Shown: positions 12,207-25,677 of the stretch, piece after piece
Numbering within the stretch: position 1 is the first letter of the stretch
Layout of the letters: the number at the start of each line of letters is the position of its first letter
Assembly (NCBI GenBank): GCA_014238225.1
Contig: JABABL010000004.1
Coordinates: 1 to 62,538 of the forward strand
DNA length: 62,538 nt
Origin: Mycoplasmatales bacterium
GTDB lineage: Bacteria > Bacillota_I > Bacilli_A > Mycoplasmatales > JABAAY01
Reading direction: 5' to 3'
Made by a program: the position numbers and the translations under genes
Notes under the pieces: generated by a model
Database searches by the model: none
What the model was told of the DNA's origin: nothing
The model's input: the letters and a program-made list of their open reading frames with translations, nothing else

Positions 12207-12574
12207 GGAAGATATTTAGAAAATTTGCATGAGCACTTAGTGGATTCATAACCGTATTAAAAGAAGAAAATAGTTTTATTTTCTATGTTATCGTTGGTAT
12301 AGGACTTTTAATATTATCTATCATAGGTTCCGTGTTTTGAAACATGCAAGGTTATGAATGAGCAATTGTGTGGGGTGTTTATGGAACTGTTGTTGCATTT
12401 GAATTCATAAATACACTTGTAGAAAATCTCGTAGACATCATTTCCTTTGAATACAATATAAGCGCCAGAAAAATTAAGGATATCGGAGCAGCTGCTACAT
12501 TGTTTAATGCTCTTGTGGCGACGACAGTGATTTTAATCGTTTTTATTTCTTTAATTGTTGGAACTTATTCTTAG
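12194..12574 (+). CDS. dgkA: Diacylglycerol/undecaprenol kinase (DgkA family)
   Basis: KFAWALSG...KEENSF, EFINTLVENLVD, KIKDIGAAA; follows ybeY. Confidence 0.85.
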
Positions 12575-12589
12575 AATGGATTTAAATTT

Positions 12590-13435
12590 TTGAATGCAAA
12601 AATAGCACTTGTAGGAAAGACCAATAGTGGAAAATCAACATTTATAAATAAATTTTGTGAAGACAGTGTTTCAATTGTTACAGCAAGAAGAAATACCACT
12701 AAGGATTTAATTAGTTGTAAAATTGAAAACAACGGGAACACAATATTCTTGTTTGACACTGCAGGATTACAGCACAAAAGAACTGTTAAAAGCAAAAAAA
12801 TGAGTGCATCTTATACAATCGCTCTTAATGAAGCCGATTATGTGTTTTATTTTATTAGTTTAAACGAAAAAATAAGAAGTATAGACCATGAAACCATCAG
12901 TGATATATTAACCACTTTTAAAGAAAGAGAGGTTTATATTATTTTAACCAAAACAGACTTAATTAAAAAAAATGAAATTGTTCCAATAATAGGGTCATTA
13001 AATCAAAAATATAAATTAACTAATTTTTTCCCCATTTCTGTTTTAAAAAATGACAATTTAAATGTATTAAAAAACAACATGTGAAAAATTAGTTTTCAAA
13101 AATCTAAATATTCTTCTATTGAAGAACATTTGTGAAATAGAGATTTGTTATTCCAAATAAAGGAAATCACAAGAAAGCAGATCATCTTATTTACACATAA
13201 AGAAATTCCCGAAATTATAACTATTGATGTTCATGTTGTAAATAAGGCAAGTTCCTCAATGGTTCTGCATTTAACATTGACAGTTAATAAGGAATCACAG
13301 AAAAAAATTATAATTGGATCACAAGGTTCAAAAATTAAGCAAATAATGTCTGCCACAAGGAAAGAACTGGAAAATATTATTTCCAAAAAAATCTTTATCG
13401 AAAGCTTTGTGAAAATTAAGAAAACAAAACATTAA
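12590..13435 (+). CDS. era: GTPase Era
   Basis: GKTNSGKS, DTAG, TKTD, and KH domain SQKKIIIGSQGSKIK. Confidence 0.9.
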
Positions 13436-13474
13436 AAACTCACATTAAAGGGATTAAATAAGTAAAATAAATAC

Positions 13475-14842
13475 ATGAAATTCTTTGAAAAGAATATGGA
13501 AAATTTTACTGCACATTTAAAAAACGTAGGTTATGTTTTTCAAGGAAGTGAAATATATGGCGGTCTCTCCAGTACTTGAGACTATGGAGATTTAGGTGCA
13601 CGAACCATAAAAAAAATAAAGGATGTATGATTCTCTCATTTTGCGGATGGAGATCTTAATATTTTTGCAATGGATAGTTCTATATTGTTGAGCAATGATG
13701 TGTGAAAAGCGAGTGGTCACATTAATTCATTTGAAGATGTTTTGGTAGAGTGTAAAAATTGTCACAATCGTTTTAAAGTCGAGAATGTTAGTAAAAAAAC
13801 AGTAACTAATATTGAAAACATCGACACTGAATGATTGACTGAAAACACAATTAAGTGCACTAATTGTAAAAAGAAAGAATGAACTCTCCCCAAGAAATTC
13901 AATTTAATGTTTAAAGTAAAGTACTCGAAAAACAATAACGATGTTGATGGTATTTATCTTAGACCAGAAACTGCACAAGGAATATTTATTAATTTTTTAA
14001 ACATAGTTAATAGCACAAACACCAAATTACCGTTTGGAGTTGCTCAAATAGGAAAGTCTTTTAGAAATGAGGTAACTACTTCTAACTTTATTTTCAGAAC
14101 TAAAGAATTTGAACAAATGGAGATAGAATGATTTTGTGAAGAAAAAGATGTTGAAAAGTATTTCAAAATTCTATTAGACAAAATGAAATCATTCTTTGAA
14201 ATAGTTGGCATTAAGCAAAGAAGCTTAACAGTTTATAAGCAAACAAAGTCTGAACTTGCTCACTACAGCACAAAAACATATGATATTTTATTTAATTATG
14301 CATTTGGTTCTCTTGAATTAGCTGGATTGGCCAACAGAGGAACTTATGATCTTGAGGTTCACTCAAAAGCAAGTCAAAGTCAACTAGGAATAAAAAACGA
14401 AAAGAATGAATTGTTTTTTCCAAATGTAATAGAACCAAGCTTTGGAGTAGGTAGAACATTGTTAAGTGTCTTATGGGATAATTTTCATATAGAAACGTTG
14501 GAAGATAAGACACAAAGAATAGTGTTAAAGTTACCGCCATCTGTTGCCCCATATCTTGCTACCGTCTTGCCATTATCTAAAAAGTTAGGAAATAGTGCAA
14601 AGGAACAAGTCATGAAAGTTTTAAAATTTCTTCCTATTTACTATGAAGAAACAGGAAGTATTGGGAAGAGATACAGAAGGCAAGATGCAAAAGGAATTCC
14701 TTTTTGTATTACATATGATTTTGATTCTGTTTCCGATCAAATGGTCACCGTGAGAAATAGAGACACCATGAAGCAAGAAAGAATTAAAATCAACCATTTG
14801 CGCTCTTATATAGTAGATAAAATACACAATTATGACATCTAA
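13475..14842 (+). CDS. glyQS: Glycine--tRNA ligase (alpha2 type)
   Basis: [51 protein letters not shown]. Confidence 0.96.
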
Positions 14843-16616
14843 TGAAATTTCAAAAATAAAATCTAATGTAGATATTGTTGAGTGTATTTCCGAAGAATTA
14901 AAAACAGAAAAGAAGGGAAATAGTTATGTTGCCTTGTGTCCATTTCATCCCGATCAAGAACCGTCACTATTTATTCATCCTTTAAAACAAATATTTAAAT
15001 GTTTCGCATGTAATACTGGCGGCGATGTTTTTAAGTTCTATCAGCTTTATAAAAAAATCACCTTTATCGATGCCGTTATTCACGTGGCTAAATTAAAAAA
15101 TATCAGCATTAAAGGGCTAAAATTACATTCTGACAAGAATAATATCGTTAATCAAGCAATAAAAAAAAACCTACAAATTAATAAAGATGCTGCTCACTTC
15201 TATTTTCTACAGTATAAAAACCAAAAAAATCAAATACAAAATTACATAAAAGAACGAAAAATTTCTGACAATACTTTGGTAAGTTTTTTAATTGGTTTCG
15301 CTGGAGACGGAAATACACTGTCTAATTTTCTTCTCAAAAAAGGGTATTCCAAGATGGATATTTTAAAAAGTGGTTTAGCAAAGCAAAACACATCACGTAA
15401 TAATGAATTTTATGATTTCTTTAGAAATAGAATTATATTTCCGATTCAAAACGATCAAAACGACTTTGTTGGATTTTCAGGACGGAGTCTTGATGGACAA
15501 GACCCTAAATACCTAAACTCCATGGAAAATATTGTATTTGATAAATCTTCTTGTTTGTTTAATCTCAACAATGCAACGGCTTTTGCTACAAAAGAAAATA
15601 GTATTATTTTGGTTGAAGGACATTTTGATGTTTTAGCGTTTGAAACAGTTAATATTCATAATTCTTGTGCGACTATGGGAACTAGCATTAATGAACTTAT
15701 GCTTAAAAAAATTTCTTCAATAACAAAAAATATTATTTTATTTTTCGATAATGATGAAGCCGGAATAAAGACAATTATAAAAATTTATAAATCCATGAAG
15801 AACAAGAATGTTAATTTTTATGTAACAACCGACAAAGAATGCAAAGATGCAAATGAAATTCTTATCAAAAAAGGAGAAAAAGCACTTAAACAAGTTTTAG
15901 AAAAGAAAGTGTTTTTTAAAGAATGGTTTTTTGATGTTTTGTACAATAAATATTTAGCAAAGGAAACACCCAAAACTGCAGAATTTGTACATGAAGCAAT
16001 TGAATTGCTAGTGAGTAATGATTCAATTGCTAATGGTGTTTTGGCTAAGGAAATATCAAAAAAAACAGAATTAAACGAAAACTTAATACTAAAAGAAATT
16101 GAAAAGAAAAGCACTGCCCCTCAAAGTCCAACTACGTCAATAAAAGAACAAAAACAATTTTCAACACAAGAGACAACAACATTTGGTAAGACGAAATTTA
16201 ATAAAAAACTTGTAGAACGCTCAGAACTGAATATATTAAAAATAATATTAATAAGTAAAAACGCTGCGGAATACTTTGAAAATAATTTAAACTTTTTAAT
16301 TAGTTATGCCGCTTCAACCTTTTCACGATATATTGTTCACTATTATCAAAAATTTAACGAAATGAATATAGATAAATTTTTAAATATAATAAAAGAACCT
16401 GTTATAAAAAAAATGGCCACTCAATTACTTAAACAGGAAACTTCAAACTTTAGTAATTATGCAAATGAATTAGAACATTACTTCAAAATTATCAGAAAAA
16501 ACAAATATGCGATAGAATTGGAAAAAGAAATAGAAAAATATAAAAAATCTGAAGAAAATAGTGTAAAATCGTATAACAATATTCAAAAAATTGTAAAAAA
16601 AATAAAAGATGCCTAA
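14832..16616 (+). CDS. dnaG: DNA primase
   Basis: CPFH...CFAC zinc finger, [29 protein letters not shown]. Confidence 0.97.
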   Translation: MTSNEISKIKSNVDIVECISEELKTEKKGNSYVALCPFHPDQEPSLFIHPLKQIFKCFACNTGGDVFKFYQLYKKITFIDAVIHVAKLKNISIKGLKLHSDKNNIVNQAIKKNLQINKDAAHFYFLQYKNQKNQIQNYIKERKISDNTLVSFLIGFAGDGNTLSNFLLKKGYSKMDILKSGLAKQNTSRNNEFYDFFRNRIIFPIQNDQNDFVGFSGRSLDGQDPKYLNSMENIVFDKSSCLFNLNNATAFATKENSIILVEGHFDVLAFETVNIHNSCATMGTSINELMLKKISSITKNIILFFDNDEAGIKTIIKIYKSMKNKNVNFYVTTDKECKDANEILIKKGEKALKQVLEKKVFFKEWFFDVLYNKYLAKETPKTAEFVHEAIELLVSNDSIANGVLAKEISKKTELNENLILKEIEKKSTAPQSPTTSIKEQKQFSTQETTTFGKTKFNKKLVERSELNILKIILISKNAAEYFENNLNFLISYAASTFSRYIVHYYQKFNEMNIDKFLNIIKEPVIKKMATQLLKQETSNFSNYANELEHYFKIIRKNKYAIELEKEIEKYKKSEENSVKSYNNIQKIVKKIKDA

Positions 16617-17805
16617 AAAAAGTAAAAAATTAGTCAGTTTTTCCAAGAAAGAACTGAAAAAAATGTCCTATGAGCAAGTTAAATTTGCTCTTTTAGAACA
16701 TTGTAAGACTGAAAGATTTAGAGTAAAACAGGAAAATATTCTTAATATTTTGCGAGCAAGCAATCATAATTCCGATGATGAATCAGAAAAAGTAATTAAC
16801 TTTTTATTGGATAATAATGTGCGTTTTGTCAATGACAAAGGTATTGACATCGATGAAGAAGAGGCAGAAAATGCTGAAAAAGAATCCGCAGCAAAAGAAA
16901 TAAAGAAAAACAAAATCTGGGCAAAAACTACTAGGTTGGACAATAGTTCGAAAGTAAAAGATGGTGTGAAATCTTATTTAAATCAATTAGGAAATACACG
17001 CCTGTTAACAAGGGAAGAGGAAGCGGAACTCTCGATATTAATCGAAGGTGAGGACCGCGAAGAAGCAATTTCTGCAAGAAAGAAACTTGTTGAACGTAAT
17101 TTGCGTTTAGTTGTTGCAAATGCTAAACGCTATATGAACCGAGGTTTGGACTTCATTGACCTTATTGAAGAAGGAAACATTGGGTTAATAAAGGCTGTCG
17201 ATAAATTTGATTACCAAAGAGGATATAAGTTTTCAACATATGCAACATGATGAATTAGACAGTCTATCACTAGAGCAATTGCTGATCAAGCAAGAACAAT
17301 AAGAATTCCTGTACACTTGGTGGAAACTATTAATAAAATCACCCGTAGCAGAAGAATTCTAACACAAGAATTGGGTAAAGAACCTAGTGAAGAACAAATT
17401 GCGGAACATTTAAACCACATAATTGATTCTAAAAAAGTACGTGAAATTAGCATGATTAATAGCAAGCCTGTTAGTTTAGAAAAACCTATTGGTGATGATG
17501 TAGACTCCACTTTTGGAGATTTTGTAAAAGACGAAAACACTATAAGTCCTGATGAATATGCCGAACAAGAAGTTCTAAAGAAAGAGATTAATAATTTGTT
17601 TAAGAAATATTTAACAGAAAAAGAAGAACAAATAGTTTGCATGCATTACGGTTTGACACCCTATAAATATGCATACACACTGGATGACATTAGTTTGAAA
17701 TTTGACACTACACGTGAAAAAATTAGAAATATTGAAGCAAGAGCTATAAGAAAATTGAAACATCCTTCTCGTTCAAAACACTTAAGGGATTTTTTCAAAA
17801 ATTAA
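16609..17805 (+). CDS. rpoD: RNA polymerase primary sigma factor
   Basis: [34 protein letters not shown] (WW = TGA TGA), region 4 TREKIRNIE. Confidence 0.97.
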
Positions 17806-18472
17806 ATTAGACAATAGACTTTCCTTAATTTACCAAATTACCACTAATACAGACAATCTGTTAGACATTGGTTGTGATCAAATGTTGCTTGGTATAGAAT
17901 TATTGAAAAACAACAAAATTCAAAAGTTCGTTGGAGTTGAGAACAAGAATGGTCCTTTTTTTTCAGCGAAAAAAATCGTTGCCTCGCTGGAAAAAAAATA
18001 TGACATTTCTATATTATTTAGCGATGGATTGTCCTCACTAATATCTGGTGATTATTCTTTTTTATGTCTTTTCGATACATTAATAATGACTGGTTTTGGA
18101 ACCAAGGAAATACTAAAGATACTTTCAGATATTCCCGCACTAACAAATTTACGAACAATTGTTATAGAACCACGTAATAATGTTTGAAAAATTAGAAAAC
18201 ATTTTAATAATACTGAGTGAAAATTATCAGAAGAATGAATTGTGAAAGAAAAAAATACTTTCTACAATGTTTTTAAACTTTTGAAAACAACGCAAATAAA
18301 TATTTTAAATGAAAAACAAATATACTCAGGTATCGACGTCAAGGGGAAAAAAGAAATTATTAACGAATACCTAGAGGCAAAAATCCATTATTTAAGAGAC
18401 ATAGTGGATTTTTCTAAAAACAAAGATTTACAAAAAGTGTACTCTTATTTACTCGAAAAAAGAGAGAATTAA
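17801..18472 (+). CDS. trmK: tRNA (adenine(22)-N1)-methyltransferase; probable ATT start
   Basis: (M)KLDNRL...DIGCDQMLLGI, FSDGL, MTGFG; follows rpoD as in Bacilli; no ATG/GTG/TTG upstream of the conserved N-terminus. Confidence 0.8.
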
Positions 18473-19338
18473 TATTCTTTTATAAATTTAGCAATTTCTT
18501 TAGTTAGAAATGGAGGTGTGCTGGCTCCACTAGTTAGGGATACATTTTCTGCATTATCTAATCATTCAGTTTTTAAGTTTTTCAATGAATCAATTAAATA
18601 AGATTTAATTCCAATTTGATTCGCAATTGAACAAAGCTTTTTTGAATTGTTGCTTCTAATGTCACCAACAACAATTAGTAAGTCCACATTGGTTCCCTTT
18701 AAGTCTAGAACAGCATTCTGGCGAGTAGTTGTCGCATCACAAAGGTCATTCTTAAAGTAACTTTTAGGGTATTTATGTTTTAGTTCTTTAACGACTTCTT
18801 CCATATCTATTTGAGACAATGTGGTTTGATTTGTAATATGGATTCTTTTGGAAGTATCTAGATTAAGCTGTTTTACTTCCTCAACATTTGTAACCATATG
18901 AATAGATTCGCTTAATGCACAAACACCAATTGTTTCTGGGTGATTATGACTACCAATAAAGACGATTTGAATGTCTTTTTCTTTTAACCAATCATTTACT
19001 AAACCATGAGTGTTATAAACATATTCGCAAGTTGCATCTTCGATTTGTAAACCTTTTTTTCTAGCTTTTTCTACAACTTGATAAGGTGTTCCGTGTGCAC
19101 TTAAAATTAGCACTCCTTCATCAATGTCATCGATTAATTCCATTCTGGTTTTTTCTTTATCGTTCAAAATTTGGATCCCGAGATTTTTTAGTTCTTCTAT
19201 TAAAATTGTGTTGTGAACTATGTAACCAAGCATGTAGATATTTTTTCCTACATTCTCGACAGCCACCTTCTTCGCTTTTTGATATGCCTTAACAACTCCA
19301 CTACAGAATCCTCTTGGTATTAATAATTTTAATTCCAT
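18469..19338 (-). CDS. ispH: 4-hydroxy-3-methylbut-2-enyl diphosphate reductase
   Basis: PRGFCSGV, IVHN, SAHG, DATC, HPE, QTT, LCDATTTRQ, SNNS, SGASTP. Confidence 0.96.
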
Positions 19339-19344
19339 ATGTTA

Positions 19345-19350
19345 ATTATA
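19345..19350 (-). promoter_or_regulatory. -10 box (TATAAT) 6 nt upstream of ispH ATG
   Basis: ATTATA at 19345-19350 in the ispH/nfo divergent gap. Confidence 0.55.
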
Positions 19351-19377
19351 ATCAAAAATGGTTAAAATAAACAATGT

Positions 19378-20253
19378 ATGTATAACTTAAGAATTGGTTC
19401 TCACACAAGCATGAGAGGCCCCAAATATTTATTAACAACCTTGGATGAAATAATTGCTTATGATGCCAATAGTTTTATGGTGTATACAGGTCCACCTCAA
19501 AGCAGCAATAGAACGAGTATTGAAAAATTAAATATTGAAAAATTTAAAGAGAAATTGAAGGAAAGGAACATGTCCCCTAACGATGGTATCGTGCATGCCC
19601 CCTATATAATTAATCCCGCGACAATAGCTACTCCTCAAAAAATTAAGTTTGCAAGGGATTTTTTGGTTTTAGAATTAGAACGCACTAAAGCTATTGGTTG
19701 TCAAATACTAGTACTTCATCCCGGTGCACATGTAGGTAACGGTAGTAAAATAGGAATAGAAGCAGCCGCTAAATGTATGGATTATGCCTTGAGTAAAGTT
19801 AGTGATGTTGAAATTGCCATTGAAACAATGTCCGGGAAAGGCACAGAAATTGGTGTTAATTTTCACGAACTAGCTGATATTAGAAGTCAAGTAGTAAATA
19901 ATAAAGATCGAGTTAGTTTTTGCTTTGATACTTGTCATGTGAGTGATTCTGGGTATGACATTAAAAAAGACTTAGAGAAGGTTTTAAAAGAGTTTGATGA
20001 TGTAGTAGGTTTGGAATTAATAAGCTGTTTGCATATAAACGATTCTAAAAACATTGTTGGAGCAAGGAAAGATAGACACGAAAACATTGGATTGGGAACT
20101 ATTGGTTTTGAAACATTAATAAATATTGTTTATCATCCTGCGTTTGATAATAAAATTAAAATATTGGAAACACCGTGACTTAATGATGTTCCGGTTTACA
20201 AACAAGAAATAGAAATGATTAGAAAGAAAAAGTTTAAAAAGATTTCTATTTAA
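19378..20253 (+). CDS. nfo: Endonuclease IV
   Basis: HAPYIIN, VLHPG, IETMSGKG, CFDTCH, HINDSK, DRHENIG, ILETP. Confidence 0.96.
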
Positions 20254-20265
20254 AGTCTTTTTAAA

Positions 20266-21729
20266 CTATTTTGGAGTGTCGATTCTTCAACCAACGTTTT
20301 TATACTCAAGGTAATTTTCGACACTTTCAACTTGCCCAATTCTTCCCACTCCTGATTCCTTATATCCTCCAAAAATTCCCAACTCTCCAACAAATCCACC
20401 TTGATTAACTCCGACACCACCTGCCTCTATTTGATGAATAAATTCTCATGCTCTTCTAGGACTTTGGGTAAACACATATGATGCAAGACCATAGTTAGTA
20501 TCATTGGAAAAGTCAATTGCTTCTTGATCCTCTACGAATGAATAAATGGCAACAATTGGACCAAAAATTTCTATTTTACTAAAATTCATGTTTTTTCTCA
20601 ACCCCGTTAAAATTGTCAAGGGAAAATAAAAACCTTTTGTGTTTTCAATTTTTTTTCCACCCAAGCAAACAATTCCGCCCTCGTTGACAGCATCTTTCAC
20701 TACAGATTCGATCTTTTCAAGATGCTTAGCACTGTTTAAAGGACCATATGTGGAGGATTTGTCCATTCCATAGCCTAGTTTTTGTTTTTTGAATTTCATA
20801 GTTAAAAGATCAACAAACTTTTGCTTAATATTTTGATGAACAATAATACGATTAGGACACACACAAATTTGTCCAGCATTTGTGATTTTAAAACCTAATA
20901 AAGAATCGGTTGCTACTTCCAAATCGGCATCTTCGTAAACAACAAATGGTGAATTTCCACCCATCTCTAAAATAACTTGTTTTGCTGTGTTCATTGCTTT
21001 TGAGGCAAGATACACACCTGCTTGGGTTGAACCGGTAAATGCAAACGCTTTAACTCTTGGGTCTGTTACTAAAACCTCTCCGATTTCCTTTGGATTATTG
21101 GCTGTGATCATATTTAATACTCCGTTAGGTAGTCCTGCTTCCTTTCACATGGCTGCCATTGCAAGATTAACTAGTGGTGTTGTTTCTGAAGGCTTTATAA
21201 CAACGGTGCAACCAGCTGCGATTGGTGCTGATATTTTTTTTATAGTTGTGCTTAATGGATAGTTTCATGGAGAAATACCAGCAACAACCCCAATAGGTTG
21301 TCTAAGATTAAAATATTGAGCCTTATCGCTTATGTCATGAGTTTTCCCCTGAGCAAATTTTGCAGCATATATATCTCCCTTTACTCTGTCTACCAAACTT
21401 AAAACCTCGCTTAGTGCATGGCTATAAATTTTCCCTTGTTCAACTGTTAACAAAGTTGCAAGTTCTTTTTGATTTTCAACTACTAACTTAGTAAAGTTTT
21501 CAAAAATGTTTGTTCTTTCTTGAAAACTTGATTTTTTTCATGTTTTGAATGCCATTTCTGCAGCAGAGACAGCTTTTAGCGCGTCTTTTGTGCCCATTTC
21601 GGGAACTTCAGCAATTAATTCTTCTGTTCCTGGATTTATCACTTGAAATGTTTCGTGATTCAAAGCACTAACTCAATTTCCGTCTATTAATCCTCTTGTT
21701 TTAAAAAATTTAAAATCTTCTATTTTCAT
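20266..21729 (-). CDS. NAD(P)-dependent aldehyde dehydrogenase (GabD/SSADH-like)
   Basis: PWNYP, KPSETTP, FTGST, LEMGGNSP, NAGQICVC, EIFGP, FGGYKESG; 487 aa in code 4. Confidence 0.9.
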
Positions 21730-21732
21730 ATT

Positions 21733-22815
21733 TTATTTCCTTACTCCGTCTTTAAAATTCTCTTTGACGTATCCGTCAATTATTTTTTTGATTTTTGGAA
21801 AGCAATCATCTTGAGATATATTGTGTACCATTACGCCATCAATATAAATTAGGACATTTTTCCGTCCTCCAACAACAGCAATATCACAATCCCTTGCTTC
21901 TCCTGGTCCATTTACTACGCAACCCATAATAGCGACCTTTACACTTGCATAAACTGTTTTTAAATATTTATCCATTAATTCAACTAAAGGCACCATATTA
22001 TATTCTAGTCGCCCACAGGTAGGACAAGCAATTAACTTAGGCACTCCACGCACTAAGCCGAACATATTTAGTATTTCTTTGGCAACAAATATTTCTTGTG
22101 TTGGATCACCAGTAATAGAGACGCGAACAGTATTCCCTAATCCCTCATTTAATAATGTTCCCAGTCCAAAAGATGTTTTTATAGAACCTCTAACGATATC
22201 ACCCACTTCAGTAATACCTAAGTGCAGGGGATAATTATATTTATCTGCAAACATTTTATATGCCTCTATAGCAAGCAATGGGTTACTAGATTTCAATGAA
22301 ACCACGATGTCCTCAAATCCAAATTTCTCTAATGCTTTTATACTTTTTTCTGCAGACTTGAAAAGACCAAGCGCAGTCAATCCGTATTCTTCTAATACAT
22401 CATTATCCAAACTACCAGAATTTATACCAACCCTGACAGGAATTTTTTTTGATTTTAAAGCTTTGACTACTTCCTCAACGTGTTCCATTTTTTTAATGTT
22501 GCCTGGATTTCAACGAATTTTATGAATTCCGGCTTCGATGGCCATTAATGCTAATCGATAATTGAAGTGAATATCTGCCACTAAAGGGACAGGACTAACG
22601 GGAATTATTTCCTTTAAAGCAACCGCATCTCTTTGATCCAGTACTGCGAGTCTCACTATTTGACAACCACTATTTTTTAACAAGTTAATTTGTTTTAACG
22701 TTTCTTCAACATTATGAGTTTTAGAAGTACACATACTTTGAATAACAACATCTCTGTTGCCACCTATTTGCACATCTTTAACAAAAACTTTTTTTGTTTC
22801 TCATCGCTTATACAT
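21733..22815 (-). CDS. ispG: (E)-4-hydroxy-3-methylbut-2-enyl-diphosphate synthase
   Basis: IQSM, VADIHF, RVGINSGS, YPLHLGITE, ACPTCGR, MGCVVNGPGE. Confidence 0.96.
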
Positions 22816-22866
22816 ACAATTTATAGTATACAATTAATCTAAAAAAGAATTCAATAAAGGAAAAAA

Positions 22867-23019
22867 ATGAGAGATAAACTACAACTAAGATGCACAACAT
22901 GTAAAGAAGAAAACTACATTTATAAAAAAAACAAAAGTATTCACCCTGAAAAACTAAAAATAAATAAATACTGTTGAAAATGTAATACCAAAACAGCTCA
23001 CGAAGAAAAGAAAAAATAG
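22867..23019 (+). CDS. rpmG: 50S ribosomal protein L33 (zinc-ribbon type)
   Basis: Manual translation [54 protein letters not shown] upstream. Confidence 0.93.
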
Positions 23020-23673
23020 TTGAACATAATAACAATTCCCAATGGTTATTTAAACGAGAATACATATATAGTTTCGGGTAATAGTACTGACTGTATCCTT
23101 GTAGACCCTGGTTTTGACTATCCATTAATAAAGTCAAAAATATTGGAAACTAAATTATCTCCAAAATACATATTAATAACTCATGGTCATTTTGACCATA
23201 TCCACTCTGTTGACAAGATTGTTAGTGATTTTGATATAAAAGACATTTTTATACATGAGTTAGACGCAGACTTCCCTTTTGATCCCGTAAAAAATGCCAG
23301 CTATTGACACACTAGTTTTGTTATGAATACACATAAAATTAAAACATTTCATAATATGGATATTTTAAAACTACTAAATTTTGAAATTATATGCGTAGGT
23401 CTTCAAGGACATACTCCGGGAAGCACATTTTTTGTATTTGAAAAAGAAAAAGTAATGTTCACTGGCGATACTCTTATTAAAGAGGACTTGGGTATAACTC
23501 ATTTATACGGAGGGTCTCACGACAAGATAATAAAAACAGCATTTGAAATAACAAAAATGTCGAAAGAATATACAATTTATCCCGGACACGGAACGTTTAG
23601 TAGTATAGAATATGAGTTAAATAATAATAAATATTTAAGGACGGCATGACAACAATACAAACAAAAAATATAA
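23020..23673 (+). CDS. MBL-fold metallo-hydrolase (YqgX/glyoxalase II-like)
   Basis: THGHFDH, GHTPG, FTGDTL, YPGHG. Confidence 0.9.
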
Positions 23674-24728
23674 GAGATCTAATAAAAAAAAGTAATGTGG
23701 ACGCTATTCTTTTGAAAAGCGAAACTAATAGATATTGATTAACAGAATTTCATTCTACGTTGGGCTATTTAATTTGTACACCAGAAAAAAACATTCTTTT
23801 AGTAGATGGAAGATATTATGAAATGGCACAAGAAAATGCTAAAAATGTTGACGAATTAATACAGTTTAGTTCATTGTTTGATGATATTCTTGATGTCCTA
23901 CAAAAGAACAATATTACAAAATTAGGAATAGAAAAAAATTATTTAACTGTTGGAGAATATTTGTTATATGAAAAAAATATACCAAAAATTTCTTTGCATG
24001 CTGTTGATTGCACAAGAATGCGTATGAAAAAAACAGAAAATGAACTGAAGCACTTAAAAAAAGCTGCGGAAATCACAGATGAAATATTTACAAAAACTAT
24101 AAAATTTATCAAATCCGGAATGAGCGAGAAAGATATTGCGAACTTTATGTACAATCAAGCCAGACTTCTAGGGGCGGAGAAAGAATCCTTTGATTACATT
24201 ATTGCTTCGGGTCATCGAAGCTCTTTGCCACACGGAGTGGCTAGTGATAAAATTATCGAAGAAAATGAATTCATTACTTTGGATTTTGGAGTTAAATATA
24301 AAGGTTTTTGTAGTGATATGACTCGCAATATATTTGTGGGACGTTGCAAAAATTTTCATGGAGAGCACGAAAAACTATTTAACACGGTTCGAGAAGCACA
24401 ACAGGTAGGAATTGATGCATTAAAACCGGGAGTCAAGTGCTCAGATATTGATAAATTAGTTCGTAAATACATTGACAACGCTGGTTACAAGGGATATTTC
24501 AGCCATGGGCTGGGGCACGGACTTGGGATTGATATTCATGAAGCTCCTTATTTAAGTCCTAAAGACAATGAAATATTACAAGAAAACATGGTAGTAACAG
24601 TTGAGCCAGGAATTTACTTGCCTAACCTTTTCGGTTCTAGAATTGAAGATGATTTAGTAATAACTAAGAACGGTTCTTATTCTTTAAATAGTTCAAACAG
24701 AAATGTAGTGTGCACAAAAAATGATTAA
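23646..24728 (+). CDS. pepP: Xaa-Pro aminopeptidase (M24)
   Basis: DGRY, SLPHG, DFG...SDMTR, HGLGHGLGIDIHE, TVEPGIY, RIEDD. Confidence 0.93.
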
Positions 24729-25278
24729 TGTTAATACATTTAGTCCTGGAACCACATTTAAAAAGGATGGAAAAGTGTATTCTGTAGTTTCAAGTCAACA
24801 TTCGAAGACAGGGAGAGGACAAGCTCATGTTAAAACTAAGGTGAAAAATTTAGAAACAAAAAATATTACGCAAATAACATTTACTGGGGGAGAAATGGTG
24901 GAACCTGCCTTTATCGAAACAACAAAAACCAGTTACTTGTATAATGATGGAGATCAATATATTTTCATGGATTCAAAAAGCTATGAACAACTTATTTTGC
25001 TTCGTGAAAATTTAAACGGAAAAGAAAACTTACTCATAGAAAATTTGGAAGTTCAGGTAGTTCTTTTTGAAAACAAACCAATTGACTGTATTTTTCCAGC
25101 TAACGTTGAATATGAAGTTGCAACTACAGAGCCAGCAGTTAGAGGAAACACATCCAAGGCAGCTTTGAAAAAATGTACTCTTGCTAATGGTCTAAAGGTT
25201 ATGATACCTTTGTTTGTTAAAGCAGGCGACAGAATTTTAGTAAACTCAGATTCGCTAAAGTACTCAGGAAAAGTGTAA
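24721..25278 (+). CDS. efp: Elongation factor P
   Basis: HSKTGRGQAHV loop, FMDSKSYEQ, PAVRGNT, PLFVKAG. Confidence 0.96.
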   Translation: MINVNTFSPGTTFKKDGKVYSVVSSQHSKTGRGQAHVKTKVKNLETKNITQITFTGGEMVEPAFIETTKTSYLYNDGDQYIFMDSKSYEQLILLRENLNGKENLLIENLEVQVVLFENKPIDCIFPANVEYEVATTEPAVRGNTSKAALKKCTLANGLKVMIPLFVKAGDRILVNSDSLKYSGKV

Positions 25279-25677
25279 ATGAAAGACAAAATAAGATATC
25301 GCGCATTAATAAAATTCATGTACGAATATTGACAAAAAACGGGAGACTTAACTGACTTAGGTGATTTTGTGTTTTTATCGTCGAACTCAACCGCTCACTT
25401 AATAACCTTGACAAAAGTTGAATGCGAAGAGTTGAGCAAATTTTCAGAAGAATATTCTCAAATAAAGGAAAAAATAATATCTTTATTGATAAATTGAACA
25501 TGAGAAAGAGTTGGAGTTCTTGAAAAAATAATCCTTTCATATTTTACTTTCAAAATAATTCACGATAAAAAAAATAAACCTTTGTATGTTGACATCGCGG
25601 TTAAAATTAGCAAAAATTATTGCAAAGAAGACACGTTCAGAATTATAAATGGAATTTTAGATAAAATTGAAAAATAG
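25279..25677 (+). CDS. nusB: Transcription antitermination factor NusB
   Basis: Manual translation: NWTWERVGVLEKIIL...AVKISKNY...IINGILDKI; lies after efp. Confidence 0.85.

Noticed and set aside
12194-23673. ATGA overlaps (ybeY/dgkA at 12194, MBL/pepP at 23646) hinting that TGA still acts as a stop
   Set aside because: Both frames reach TAG/TAA within a few codons, and two cases cannot separate relic from chance.
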